A DNA stretch of 64,000 nucleotides from Sphyrna mokarran (taxonomy: Eukaryota): assembly GCA_024679065.1 (NCBI GenBank), contig JAGIQG010000004.1:111166001-111230000 (forward strand), written 5' to 3'. Both the position numbers and the translations under genes were made by a program. Numbering within the stretch: the first letter of the stretch is position 1; every line of letters begins with the position of its first letter. The notes below the pieces were generated by a model that had not been told where the DNA came from, made no database searches, and saw only the letters and a program-made list of their open reading frames with translations. This document shows positions 48,197 through 60,829 of this stretch, piece by piece.

Positions 48197-49252
48197 GGGG
48201 ACAATTTTACCATTTTTGTCTAAGTTCTAGGTGGATTTGAAACTGGGAAAGTTTCAGATTCATCTTCTGGGCATGTTTTCAGATCTCCCCCATAAGCACT
48301 CTGCCTGCAATATTTTGAGTAAGCTAGTGCTTGCTGTAGAAGCCTGTGAGCATGCCCGAAAGCCTGCAAAGAGAGGTAGTGCGCATGTGCAAGCCTCTGA
48401 TGCTGCACATGTGCATTAGATGTAGCAGGGGTCTGGCAGACAAAGGGAAAGCTGTCAGACCCCTGCTACTGCAGGTAGCCTGAAGCAGCTCCCTCCTCTG
48501 CAATTGTGGGAGCCCGCAGCCATAGATACAGCCCCATCAACCATCCCCCCATACCAATCACCGACCCCCTCCTTCCCCCACTGATCACTGACTCCACTGT
48601 CCTCCCCCAGCTGATCGCTGCAGAGTGGCAGTGGACTCCACCCCCAATAGACCCTCCCCATTAGCCCTGTCCCCACTGGCTTCTCCTCATTAGTCCCGCC
48701 ACACTGTCCCTGCCCCTACTTGCTCCTGCTTCCATTAGCCCATCCTGACTAGTCCTCCCCATTATTCCTGCCCCCTCGCTGCGCACAGTGGGCACAGCCC
48801 AGGTGCCAGACTGCCATTGCCCAGGGGCTAGGGTGGCGTTGCCAGTCTGGCAACCATAGGGCTACCCTATCTTGCATTTGGCTTCCTGGGGGCCTCAATG
48901 GCCCCCAGTTCCATCGGTGAGGCCAAGTTGATTGTTTTCTGTTCATGGGAAGCCTGTCTATTCCTCACCAGCGAGAACCTTTCCTGGCGAGGTCATAAAG
49001 AGGGGCTGAGTCTGGACGATTGAACGCCACTCTTGCTAAGCAGATGTTAAACAGCATTTAAATAAATTGAAATACATTAACCTACATCTCAGCCATTTCT
49101 AGTGAGAGGCTGAACATGCCAGAAGTCCAGCACTCATAAAATGGTGCCAGTCTCAAAAACCAGCATCAATCATGCTAATCACTTTACGCCCCACTTTACC
49201 ACTGCGTCGCACCCAAAAATAGGTGCAGCATTATGATGGTAAAATCACACCT
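48197..49252. mobile_element. Non-autonomous Harbinger derivative (1.06 kb) inserted in the Gypsy element
   Basis: TIRs GGGGACAATTTTACCAT / ATGGTAAAATCACACCT. The first about 150 bp and last about 70 bp align with the ends of 31399-36274. Confidence 0.85.
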
Positions 49253-49261
49253 AATGTCTAC

Positions 49262-50165
49262 ATAGATCATAAGAGCATAAGACATAAAAGCAGAATTAGG
49301 TCACTCAGCCCATTGAGTCTGCGCTGCCATTCAAACATGGCTGATATATTTCTCATCCCCATTCTCCTGCCTTTTCCCCATAATCCCTAATCCCTTTATT
49401 CATCAAGAACCATATCTATCTCTGTCTTAAAGACACTCAATGATCTGACTTCCACAGCTTTCTGCAGCAAAGAGTTCCACAAATTCATCACTCTCTGGCT
49501 GAAGACATTTCCCTCCAGCTCTGTTTTAAAGATCATCCCTTTAGCTTGAGGTTGTGCCCTTTGGTCCCAGCTTTTCCTACTAATGGAAACATCTTCTCCA
49601 TGACCACTCTATCCAGGCCTCTCAGTATTCTGTAATGTCCATCCTCATCCTTTAAAACTCCAACAGACTTAGAATCCTCAATTGCTCCCCAAACAAGTCC
49701 TTCATTCCAGGTTTCATTCTTGTAAATCTCCTCTGGACTCTTTCCAAGGCCAGCACATCCTTCCTTTGATACTGGGCCCAAAACTGCTCACAATACTCCA
49801 AATGGGGTCTGATCAGAGCGTTATCCAGCCTCAGGGGTACATCCCTGCTCTTGTATTCTAGCTCTCATCGTCATGAATGCTAACATTGCATTTGCCTTCC
49901 TAACTGCTGACTGAATCTGCACATTAATCTTTAGAGAATTTTGACCAAGGATTCCCAAATCTCTTTGTGTTTCTGATTCCCTAAGTATTTCCCCATCTAG
50001 AAAGTAGTCTATGTCTCCATTTCTCTTTTCAAAATGCATTACCTCATACTTTTCCACATTATATTCCATCTGCCACTTCTTTTGCCACTCTCCTAACCTG
50101 TCCAAGTCCTTCCTGCTTCCTCAGTACGACCTGTCCCTCTACATATCTTTGTATCATCTGCAAAA
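49262..50165 (-). mobile_element. CR1 LINE 3' fragment inside Gypsy
   Basis: ORFs 49821-50105 (DRLGEWQKKWQMEYNVEKYEVMHF) and 49533-49781. Confidence 0.9.
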
Positions 50166-51234
50166 TAATTGAGTGCTAAAACTTGCTGTTGTATCAATGC
50201 AACTAGAGTTTATCCAGAACTGAATGGGAATGAAACTAAAATGGAAGTAGACATAGGAGCCGGGAGAATTGTGAACATCTCTTATTTCTGAAAATATCAG
50301 CGAAAGCTCAGGAGTGTACCATTAAAGCCTTTGAATATAATAGTGCAAATTTATCCAGAAGAAGTGGTTCCAGTGATAGGTCAATTTCAAAACTGGTCAA
50401 TTTCAAAAATTACCATGACATGTTGAAGGAAATTTTCCTGTTCTTGAGATAGAACATGAAAAGTCAATCAAAGGTGGAGTAATTGAGTCCAAACTCATGA
50501 GTGACTGGGCAACTCCAAGCATTCCTGTCATTAAACTCGATGGTTCCAAAGGATTTGCATGAGTTCAAAATGGCGACAAATCCAGTGCTATGTGTCAACC
50601 ATAACTCCTTAACATGAACTGAGAATCTGTTCCATGGATTGTCTGCTGATAACGTATTCAAGACTTATTCCAAGCATACCTTAAATGAAGGTGAACTGAG
50701 TTGTAACCACTGCTAATGATCATTACTCATAAAGGTTTTTTTCAATATAAATGCCTACTGTTTGAAATAACGTCAGCGGTGTCTTTATTCCAAAAATCAA
50801 TGGATCAAATCCTAAGTGGCCTCGATAGCGTCCATTGTTATGTGGATAACATTGTAATCACTGGCAAAGATGAACATGGATACTTATGCAACTTAGGAGG
50901 AAATCCAGAAAATTAACAGAAGCACGATCTTCTTGTGAAGAAAATCATGCTAATGTTTCAAGCTGTCAATAAGGTATCTAGACCATGTAATTGATAAAGC
51001 TGTACTTCACAAAGAATCTAAGAAGATGACTGCAATTTTAGATGCTCCTAGACCACAGAATCAATCACCATGAATATCCTTTACAGGATTCATCAGTTAT
51101 TATGGAAAATGTATTCCAAATCTCGCTAGCATATTAAAACCACTTCATACATTATTATTACAAACCAACAATGGACTTGGATAAAAGACTGCAAAAAAGC
51201 TTACAATTAAGCCAAAACTTTGCAAATGAAATTG

Positions 51235-51720
51235 GAATAGAAATATAAATAGAATAGAACATAATATATAATAAAAAGAATATAAAGATAAGGAAGTATT
51301 GTTGCAACTATACAAGGCATTGGTGATGCTGCACGTGGAGTATTATACATATTGTCCCCTTATTTGAGGAAAGATGTCGTTGCATTGGAGACAGTTCAGA
51401 GGAGATTCATTTGATTGATTCCAGTGATGAGGGGGTTTGTCACATGAGAAGAGAGTGAACAGTTTAGGCCTATACTCTCTGGAATTTAGAAGAATGAGAG
51501 ATCAAATTGAGATATACAAGATGATAAAAGGCATGGATAAAGTAGGCGTGGAGGGAATGCTTCCTCTTGTGGGACATTCTGGGACAAGAGGTCACAGTCT
51601 TAGGATAAGGGGTAGCAAATTTAAACTAGAGTTGAGGAGAAGCTACTTCTCCCAAAGGATTGTATATCTGTGGATTTCACTGCCCCAAAAGTGCAGTGGA
51701 TGCTGAGACAGTGGGTAAAT
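51235..51720 (+). mobile_element. CR1 fragment, followed by a type B SINE 3' half (51720-51898)
   Basis: ORF 51437-51706 (LGLYSLEFRRMRDQIEIYKMIKG). Confidence 0.85.
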
Positions 51721-52019
51721 TCTGTTTTCCTCCCACAGTCTGAAAGATGTGGTGTTAGGTGCACTGGCTAAACTAAATTCTTCTTCAGTGAACCCAAACA
51801 GGTGCCAGAGTGTGGCAACCAGGGGATTTTCAAAGTGAGCTCATTGCCATGTTAACATAAGCCTACTTGCGACATTAAAAATTAAACTTAAACTTAAAAC
51901 ACAGGCCTTTAACAACAATTTTTGTCTCTAGTTGTGAGTTGTTTGCAGAGATGGTCCCTCATTTAATCAGTGCATAATTACAAGAAGATACAGAAAATAT
52001 GAGCGATATGAACATTGAG

Positions 52020-53275
52020 GGGAAATCATTCTTGATAAATCTGTTGTAAGTCTTTGAAGATGTAACTAGTAGAGCTGATAAGGGGGAGCCAGTAAGTGTA
52101 GTATATTTGGGCTTTCAGAAAACATTTGACAAAAGTCCTGCACAAGAGATTATCATGCAAGATTAAAGTGCAAGAAGTATACTGAGATGGATAGAAAACT
52201 GATTGGCAGAGAGGAAAGAAAGAGTAGGATTTAATGGGTCCTTTTCAAATTGGCAGGCAGCAACTCATGGAGTTCCATAGGATCGGTGCTGGGACCCCAG
52301 CTAGTCACAATGTATATCAAATGATCTGGATGAGGGAACAAAATGTAACATCTCCAAGTTTGCAGATGATAGTTGAATGGGAGAGTGAACTGTGATGAGG
52401 ATGCAGAGATCCTTCAGCATAATCTGGACAGGTTGGATGAGTGAGCAAATCAACGGTAAATGCAATATAATTTGGATACAGGCGAGGTTATTCATTTTGG
52501 AGCAAAAACAAGAAGACAAATTACTACATGAATGGCTGTAAATTGGGAAAGGGGAGTGTGAACCGGAACCTGGTTGTCTTTGTGCACCAGTCACTGAAGG
52601 TAAGCATGCAGGTGCAGCAGATGGTAAAGAAAGCAAATTGTATGTTAGCCTTCATCATGACAGGTTTTGAGTACAGGACAGGGGTGTGTTGCTGCAATTA
52701 TACAGGGTCTTAGTGAGGCCACACTTAGCGTACTGTGTGCAGTTTTGGTCTTTTCTGAGGAAGGATGTTTTTGCTCTTGAGGGAGTGCAGCAAAGTCTTA
52801 CCAGATTGATTCCAGAGATGGCGGGACTGATATATGAGGAGGCATTGACTAGATTAGATTGTTTTTGCTGGAGTTCAGATGAATGAGGGAGGATCTCATA
52901 GAGACTTAGAAAATTCTAACATGATAAGACAGGTAGATGCAGAGAGGATGTCCCCGATGGAGAGTGTGTCTAGAACTAAGGGTCACAGTCTGAGGATTTG
53001 GGATTGACCATTTAGGACAGTGTTGAGGAGACATTTCTTCACCCAACAAGTGGTGAGCCTGTGGAATTCATTATCAGAGGAAGTAGTTGATGCCAAAACA
53101 TTGACTGTATTCAAGAGGTGGCTGTATAGAACTTGGGATGAATGGGATCAAAGGTTATGGGGAGAAAGCAGGATTAGACTATTGAATTGGACAATCAGCC
53201 ATGATTGTGATGAATGACACAGCAGGCTTGAAGGGCCAAATGGCCTCCTCCTGCTCCTATCTTCTATGTTTCTAT
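52020..53275 (+). mobile_element. CR1 LINE, 5'-truncated RT region and tail
   Basis: SKFADD, LVRPHLAYCVQFWS, and tail GGGCCAAATGGCCTCCTCCTGCTCCTATCTTCTATGTTTCTAT. Confidence 0.9.
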
Positions 53276-53336
53276 AATGCTCTATCATGTCTACCAATAC
53301 AGAACCACAGGACAACTATATGAACATTTTGTACTG

Positions 53337-54015
53337 CATCTGTAAGGAGAGAAAAGACTGAACAGTTCGAGGCCAGATGACCCTTTGTCAAAGCTAAAAG
53401 AAAGTTGGAGATATTTATACTGGAGGGTTATTATATTCCAGTAAAGCTCAACACAAACTGGAGGAACAGCACCTCATCTTCCACATAGGCACTTTATAAA
53501 CTTCCAGTCTCAACATTGAATTCAACAATTTCAGATGATCAACTGTACCCCATCTCAACCCCTTTATTTTCATTTTATTTAGTTTTTTAATTTTTAATTA
53601 TCTTTCCTTATTTTTCTTCCCCCCTCTACTCTTTCCCCCTATTTTGTCTCCCCCTTCCTTACCTTTTCTCCCTTTTGCTTCCCCTTCCCCCCTTTTCTCA
53701 ATTTTACCTCGCTCCCACCTATTGCCCACTCCTCAAATCTTCATCCCTGTCAGCTTACTCTCTAATTTCAGCTTCTCTGCTGTTTGGTCAAGCAGACCTT
53801 CTATTTTCTCTATGGACAGCTATTAGCAGCCCTTTCCCCTTACTTTTATGGTTATTACTCATCTTTCATTTCCTCACCCTGCAGTATAATATCTCCCACT
53901 TTCTATGCTTTGTAGCTTTGAAAAGAATCATCCAGACTCGAAAGTCAACTTTTTTCTTTCCTTACAGATGTTGCCAAAGATTCCCCAAGTACTTTCTGTT
54001 TTGGCTTTCTGATTC
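53337..54015. mobile_element. Penelope-like element with inverted 5' pLTR, GIY-YIG C-terminus and 3' pLTR
   Basis: Minus-strand pLTR 53337-53425. The plus strand encodes KAQHKLEEQHLIFHIGTL…LNIEFNNFR*, followed by the plus-strand pLTR at about 53880-54015. Confidence 0.85.
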
Positions 54016-55118
54016 TAAACTGAATCCAAACCACTAAATTTGAACACTTGAAATTACCCTGTTTAATCACAGAACTCAATTTTCGCACATCAACTTTGAA
54101 GTGTTACTATTCAAGTGTAGTTACTAGGCAGCAGTCTGCTCACCCCCAAAGAGTAGAGATAAATTCGTTCTTATAGAAAAGGTGCTGGAAATCCCCTATG
54201 TTCAGCAGCTGTGTAAAGGAAATGTGTTAGATGCATACTGCTATAGAAATCATTACTGTTTGACACCTTTATGAGCGGTTTGACACTTTTGCATGAGCCA
54301 AATAATGAAATATAACTTTAAATGTCATGAATACATTTATTAACTTACATTTTCCACTGCAAAATAACCGGTTCTGGAAGAAGTGAAACAAATGTAAACT
54401 AACCATAGTTCGACAGTTTCTTTCAGGTTTGAATTATTTAATGCCGTTATGAACAGTGTGCGGGCATGTATAAAATGACTTTATATGAAATCTCAAACTC
54501 ATTTTATCTTAAGCTATATACATTGGTATTTTGATTCTGTTTATGTATTGAAACAATGATATTAAGATTCAATATAGCCATTTTTATCCATCAAAATCAG
54601 TGGATGGAGGGAGGGAAGGAGGAAGGGTCTTCATGTAAATCCCTGACTTGACATTTTTCATTCTAGGAGCTACTTTGGATTTGTAAGAGAAGAATGAGCT
54701 ACTGTAACATGTCTTTATAGTATCATGTCTAAATTGTCTACACCTTACTAAATGTTTAAGTTATGTCAATCGCAAAATTCAATCTATAACCATTTTATTT
54801 CCAAAATTTATTAGTGCTGTGTAGAATCATGGAAGTTAAAGCAAATAAGGTGGCCACTTTGCTGATTGTATCTGTCTCAGTTATTCAGTAATGGAGCTGT
54901 CTACATTAATCCCATCCATGTACATCTTCTCTATTATATTCATTCTTTTTGAACAAATATGTGTTTGATTCACTCATGTAGGACACCGCAGTAAACTGTG
55001 GGCCATGCATGTACATGTATACCTTCACATTCAGTAAATCGCTGATCTCAGATCACTTTCTTCAGGATAACTAAGGATGGACAATGAATGCTGCCTTGGC
55101 TCAGCAATGCTCACAGTA

Positions 55119-55135
55119 TGCCACCAGAGGGAGAC
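55119..55135 (+). promoter_or_regulatory. CTCF-like core motif
   Basis: TGCCACCAGAGGGAGAC resembles the CTCF consensus CCACYAGRKGGCRC. Confidence 0.4.
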
Positions 55136-55484
55136 ACCGAGGCAAGGTCAAGTACATCCTTATAGGAGAGGAGAATAAGTTGGAGGTAAGTCACTTTGCA
55201 CAGCTCAGCCTGACCTGATCATTTATCCGAAATAGTACCTGTGATAGAAGTGTTGGTGGAGGATCAACTCAGGTACGTGATTATCCTGTGCAGATCCTAA
55301 AGTAAGCCATTTAACAGTGGATTTAATAAGAATTGATGTTGTAATCAATGTAAAATTTTCAGCATTTGTAAAATTGAAGGACTGGTTGACACAATTCATT
55401 TTGCAGTGTAAATTAGTCAATGGCTTTCGCCCTGCTGCCTGAAAAGGAAGTGCAGTAAAAGTTCAATGACAACATTGTCATACG

Positions 55485-56228
55485 AAAAGGGATTGGATCA
55501 ACTGGGCCTGTGCTCACTGAAGTTTAGAAGAATGAGACAGGATCTCATTGAAACAGATAAACTTCTGATGAGGGGTGGATGAATGGATGTTACTTCCTCT
55601 GGCTGGGGAATATAGAACAAGGGGTCACAGTCTCCAGGTGGGTCATTTAGGACTCAGATAAGAGGAATCTTCTTTACTCTTTACTGGAGTAGCACGGTGG
55701 CACAGTGATTAGCATTGCTGCTTCACAACTCCAGAGACCTGGATTTGATTCTGGCTTTGGGTCACTGTGTCGAGATTGCATGTCCTCCCCGTGTCTGCAT
55801 GGGTTTCCTCCAGGTGCTCTGGTTTCCTCCAATAGTTCAAAGATATGCAGTTAGGTTGATTGGCCGTGCTAAGTTGATTTTTAGTGTCTGAGGGTTAGCA
55901 GTGTAAATAAGTGGGGTTATGGGGATAGGGCCTGGGTGGGATTGTGGCCAATGCAGATTCAATGGGCCAAATGGTATCCTTCTGCACTCTATGATTCTAC
56001 GATTTATTCAGAAGGTTGTGAACCTGTGGAATTCCATACCACCGAAGGCTGTGAAGGCCAAGTCATTGAATATATTTAAGAAGGAAATGGATAGATTTCT
56101 AGGCTGCAATGGCATCAAGAGGTATGTGGAGGGCACAGGACATAAAGGATTAGCCATGGTTATATTTGATAGCCATACAGACTCAAAGGGCTGAATGGCC
56201 TACTCCTGTTCCTAACTTTATGCTTCTA
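55485..56228 (+). mobile_element. CR1 3' fragment split by a full HE1 SINE (55686-56000)
   Basis: LGLCSLKFRRMRQDLIET before the SINE and QKVVNLWNSIP after it. The SINE has A/B boxes, V-core and the CR1-like TTCTGCACTCTATGATTCTAC tail. Confidence 0.85.
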
Positions 56229-56559
56229 AAAAGAAGAAAATCAACATACAATGTTCACGAATGATGTCCATTGCCGCATCAGGTATCCCTTAGCAGCTGT
56301 TCAGCACACCAAGTATTGGTCATACTGAAATCTAATTGGGATATACATCAGCACAATAAACTGGATTTAATCTATTAGTTGCTATATTACACTACCATTG
56401 TAATTTCTGTTCCGTTTTATTGCAGGGTGATAAATTGTCTCCAAAGAGAACTGCATGATTTGAGCTTGAGTATACAGATGTGTGAACCATGTCAAAGGTC
56501 ATTCGTGGCACCAAGTTCCCTAAAGCAAATAAACTGCATATATATAGTTTCTCTGACGC

Positions 56560-57370
56560 GGTAAAATATCTTAAGGCACACCACAGGAGCAGTACCAATT
56601 CAAAGTTGATAATGAGTCACACAGAGAGATGTTGGGACAGGTGACCAAAAGAGGAAAGTTTTAAAAAAGTCTTGTAAAGGTTTTAGAAGTTTTAAAGGAG
56701 GAAATGTGTACAGAGGAGGGAATTTCAGAATTTAGAATCTAGGTGACTGAATGCTCGACAGCCAATGGTGGAGAGACTTAAAAAAAGGAGCAGAATTTTC
56801 CTGTCCTGCCCGCCATGGGAATTGTAGCAAACAAGACACAGATCACACAAAGTCTGTTGACCTCGTGTGGGATTTTCTGGCCAAATCCCACCCAGGATGC
56901 TCAAGAGGCCAGAATTTCAGGAGACAGAAATTTGGTGGCATGTAAGGCTGGAGTAGGTTGCACAGAGGAAGACGTAGCAAGGCTGTGGAGGGATTTGAAA
57001 ATAAAGATGAATATTGTAAAATTGAAGCATTGATGGAACAGCAGTGATACGTCAACCAGCAAAGAAGCAGTGGCTGAATGGCACTTAGTAGTGACTTGTT
57101 GCTACCTATTTCCTTTCAGCTGGGGTGTAGGCAGCAGAGTTTTGAAAGCATTTAGTGCAGGATAGGACAGCCTTAGAATTACAAGCCTTGAGGTAACAAA
57201 GAATGGATGAGAGATATAGCAGCAGATGCACTGAGGCAGGGAAGAGACAGAACATGTTATGCGCATGGAGCTGGACATCCTTGTAATGTGTGCAAGTTAG
57301 GGGCTGAATCTGTAACATGAAAGAACGCATTGCTTGGCTTTTGAGACCACCAAATTGAAGCATCCACTTC
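56560..57370 (-). mobile_element. Old L2-type LINE 3' region with a MITE inserted (56787-56921)
   Basis: Collinear with 42155-43640. MITE termini GGAGCAGAATTTTCC…GCCAGAATTTCAG. Confidence 0.6.
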
Positions 57371-57687
57371 TTTGTTACAGAGGAAGGAACTTAAAATAAT
57401 ATATGTCTCATTGTACTGGAATAACCTTTTGAACATTCTTTGGAAAATCATCCCTTCAATTAGTCCTGGGTAGCATGCAACATGTCTCAGAAACAGTACA
57501 ATTTTCAAACAGGATTAAGGATTCCAGTTAGATGTTTGATTTAGTGCAAGTTAGTAACTTCGAGCAATCCCCTATTTTTTGTTTCAGTGCAAGATAACAT
57601 CATTAACTCTCTTGATTGGGCAATAAATTTTGCCCATTCAGTCCACAGATCTCTGGATTGGTGACAAAATGTCGTCAAGAAAAAAAA

Positions 57688-57768
57688 ATGCTTTGTCTGT
57701 ACAGCGCTTAAGAAACAATACTTTTCACTGTATGCTAATACATGTGACAATAATAAATCAAATCAAAG
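57688..57768 (+). mobile_element. Rex1/Babar LINE 3' tail
   Basis: AAGAAACAATACTTTTCACTGTATGCTAATACATGTGACAATAATAAATCAAATCAAA. Confidence 0.85.
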
Positions 57769-58489
57769 CATTGCCAATAAATAGCATTTTGAACACTGTG
57801 AGACGTGAGGTGCTGTGAAGGAAAAATCTGATTACATTTCTAGTTATTATTTTCCTCACTTGATGAGAAAATTCATCTTCTTGAGTAATGAAATAGTGTG
57901 AACTGTGTCTCTGAGACTGCTTTGGCAAACCAATTGTATATATAAGGATGGAAATAGATGGTGCAGAAAAAGATGGATGTGTTGACTCGCTGTCAGTGAA
58001 CACTGGATCAGAAAAAAAGTAAAGAGCATTTTCATCAATGACTTTGCATATTCTATATATTATTCACTATAGTTAATTAATAGTGAAAATTATTTCATGA
58101 AAAAAACTCAACTTTGAGAAGTGTGTGCCTTTGTGATTTATAGCTGTCTTATGCAAGGACATTCTCACATTTTGGCTGCCTATGGCAGTTATATCTAACC
58201 TGTGTGAGACCCAAAGCACTTTCCAGGTCCCTCAAACTGGAAATAGAAGGTAGCAGGGATGTACAGATTGACCATCTATCTGTCGTAGGCAATGAGTGTT
58301 GAAATGAAGTCAACCATATCGAAGGCAGGCAAACAAAGAAGTGACTCTTGTGAACCAGGAAACTGTTGTCAGAGTATTTTCATTTTTAACTTTGTCCTCC
58401 TTGGATGATTTGGGACTTGGATGTTTGGAAAGAATTGTATATAGCCCTGCAATGGTCTCGTAATTAGCCATCTACATCAGCAACTAGCA

Positions 58490-58805
58490 GGCAGCACAGT
58501 AGCACAGTGGTTAATGCTGCTGCCTTACAGCTCCAAGGACCAGGTTCAATTTCTAGTTTGGGTCACTGCCTGTGTGGAGTTTGCACATTCTCCCCATGTC
58601 TGCATGGATTTTCTCCCAGTCCTCCTCCCATAGTTAGGTTGATTGGCTATGCTAAATTACCCCTTAGTTACCTAGGATGTGTAGGTTAGAGGGATTAGTG
58701 GAGTAAATTTGTAGGGGTTAGGGTCTGGGGTGGGATTGCTGTAGGTGCAGACTCAATGGGCTGAATGGCTTCCTTCTCCACTGTAGGGTTTCTATGATTT
58801 CTATA
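58490..58805 (+). mobile_element. HE1-type SINE, full length
   Basis: GGCAGCACAGTAGCACAGTGGTTA head, V-core and CR1-like tail ATGGCTTCCTTCTCCACTGTAGGGTTTCTATGATTTCTAT. Confidence 0.88.
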
Positions 58806-59663
58806 ACATTAACTTATACATTATCATCAAGTTCTGTTTGTTTTAGCAGTTTGAGATGCACACACAATAATGGTGCAAGGTTTAATACTTCACACAAATC
58901 TCTCCAGTCTCAAAGGATTACAGCACTGTAATTCTAGATGACAAAATCATGCACAATAGGATATTACTGTTGATTCTGCAATGACGGATTAAAAGATGTA
59001 CCCATCGCGTCTTGAATATTCTCCTGCTCCATGCAAGATTCAGGAATGTTGACCTTAGCTTCTACAGAACAATTAGCCTGTCCCTTTTTGTGCATGTCCA
59101 TGCAAGTTGCTGGGTCCTTGCATGACTGCTATGACTCATTGTTTCTCTTTGTTTGATCTCTGTTTTCCCTCTCATTGTTAACTGTTCCAAGCTCATTCAC
59201 CATTTATGAATATTTTTAAAAGGATGCCCTGACATCTGAAAGGAGAAAAACAGGAACTCTCACCTGTACACTTAGAAACCCGCCCCCCTCCCTCCCCCAC
59301 AACACCCATTTACACGGGCACACTCCCACCCCCACCCACTTATACTGTTGCACCCCCACCCTCACCCCATGTCCACACCATTCCATTAGCCCTCCCCCCA
59401 CCATGGACACAGGGGAACAGCACCATGGATAAGGGGAACACCCTCTATGGAACTTCCCAGAGGCCTCCCACCGGCACTTGCTGCTGCCAAAAGGCAGTAT
59501 CGGGGTGCCAGAGAGCAGTGCTGAGGAGATATCAGGCCAGTGCTGAGGGACTGCTATGGTAGAGCCAGAGGGCAATGCCAGGTTGTTGCCCAGGCATACA
59601 CCTCTCTCTCTCTCTCTCTTGCCCCAGGAGTTATATTTACTTATGTGTCCCCAGTCGGTTGAC

Positions 59664-59890
59664 ATAAGGAGCGTCTGAGGACACTGGATCTGTACTCAAT
59701 GGAGTTTAGAAGGATGAGGGGGGATCTCATTGAAACTCATCAGATAGTTTCTTGATTGGTAAACGGATCAAAGGTTGTGAGGAAAAAGCGGGAGAATAGG
59801 GTTTAGAAACTTACCAGCCATGATTGAATGGTGGAACAGACTTAATGGGCCAAATGACCTAATCCTGCTCCTATATGTTGTAGTCCTATG
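59664..59890 (+). mobile_element. CR1 3' fragment with internal deletion, inside a GC-rich DNA-transposon-like remnant (about 59130-60055)
   Basis: YKERLRTLDLYSMEFRRMRGDLIET followed by the tail. Confidence 0.75.
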
Positions 59891-60073
59891 GGTTCCCTCT
59901 GTCTGGTTCCCGTTTTACCTATTATAAACCTCACCGATGTAACCTCACATCAGCGAGGAAGAGATTCCAATGTGGGGGTACAATACACTGGGGAAACCCT
60001 TTAATTAATTATAATTTGTCTTGATGAGCTGCCTGATCATTTTGGGTGAGGTCTTCAGGAACAATAAATTCCT

Positions 60074-60829
60074 GGCAGGAACAATAAATGTGTAGAGTAT
60101 AGGGCTAATGGTAGGGCTCTTAATAGTGTTGAGGAACAGAAGGATTTTGGTGTATGTGTCAATAGATCCCTAAAAGTAGGCAGTCAAGTGGATAAAGTTG
60201 TTAAGAAGGCATATGGAGTCTTAGCTTTTATTGGTAGGGGGATTGAATTTCGGAGCCGCAGCATCATGTTGCAACTGTACAAAACTCTAGTGCTGCCGCA
60301 CTTGGAGTATTGTGTGCAGTTCTGGTCGCCACATTATAAGAAAGATGTGGAGGCATTGGAGAGGGTACAGAGGAGGTTTACCAGGATGTTGCCTGGTATG
60401 GAGGGCAGGTCCTATGAAGAGCGGTTGAAGGATTTGAGGTTGTTTTCGTTAGAAAGGAGGCGGCTAAGAGGGGATCTTATTGAAGCATATAAGAGGATTA
60501 GAGGTTTAGATAGGGTGGACAGTGATAGCCTTTTTCCTAGGATGGAGAAAGCTAGCACGAGGGGACACAGCTTTAAATTAAGGTGTATGAGTTATAGGAC
60601 GGATATCAGAGGTAGGTTCTTTACTCAAAGAGGGATTAGGGAGTGGAATGCCCTGCCTGCAGCTGTTGTAGATGCGCAAAGTTTGGTGGCATTTAAGAGG
60701 TTAATTGATAAGTATATGGAAGAGAAGGGAATGGTTTAGTTTGGAGGGGCATTGCTTTTTATTTTGGTCGGCACAACATTGAAGGCCGAAGGGCCTGTTC
60801 TGTGCTGTAATGTTCTATGTTCTATGTTC
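60074..60829 (+). mobile_element. Young CR1 (HER1-like) LINE, 5'-truncated
   Basis: ORF 60188-60739 (183 aa) is nearly identical to the C-terminus of 26549-27592, with a (TGTTCTA)n tail. Confidence 0.95.

Larger units (their letters stand above)
47452..51230 (+). mobile_element. Decayed Gypsy/Ty3 (K02A2.6-like) LTR retrotransposon internal region with nested insertions
   Basis: Gag ORF 47467-47811 (WSDYEERFQYYLAAN…KPLIIAERFRFHQ), zinc-knuckle-like segment at about 48050-48100, protease MEVDIGA at about 50240, RT ORF 50716-50916 (THKGFFQY…FQKSMDQILSGL…YVDNIVITG), and the RT thumb/connection region to about 51215. Confidence 0.88.
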
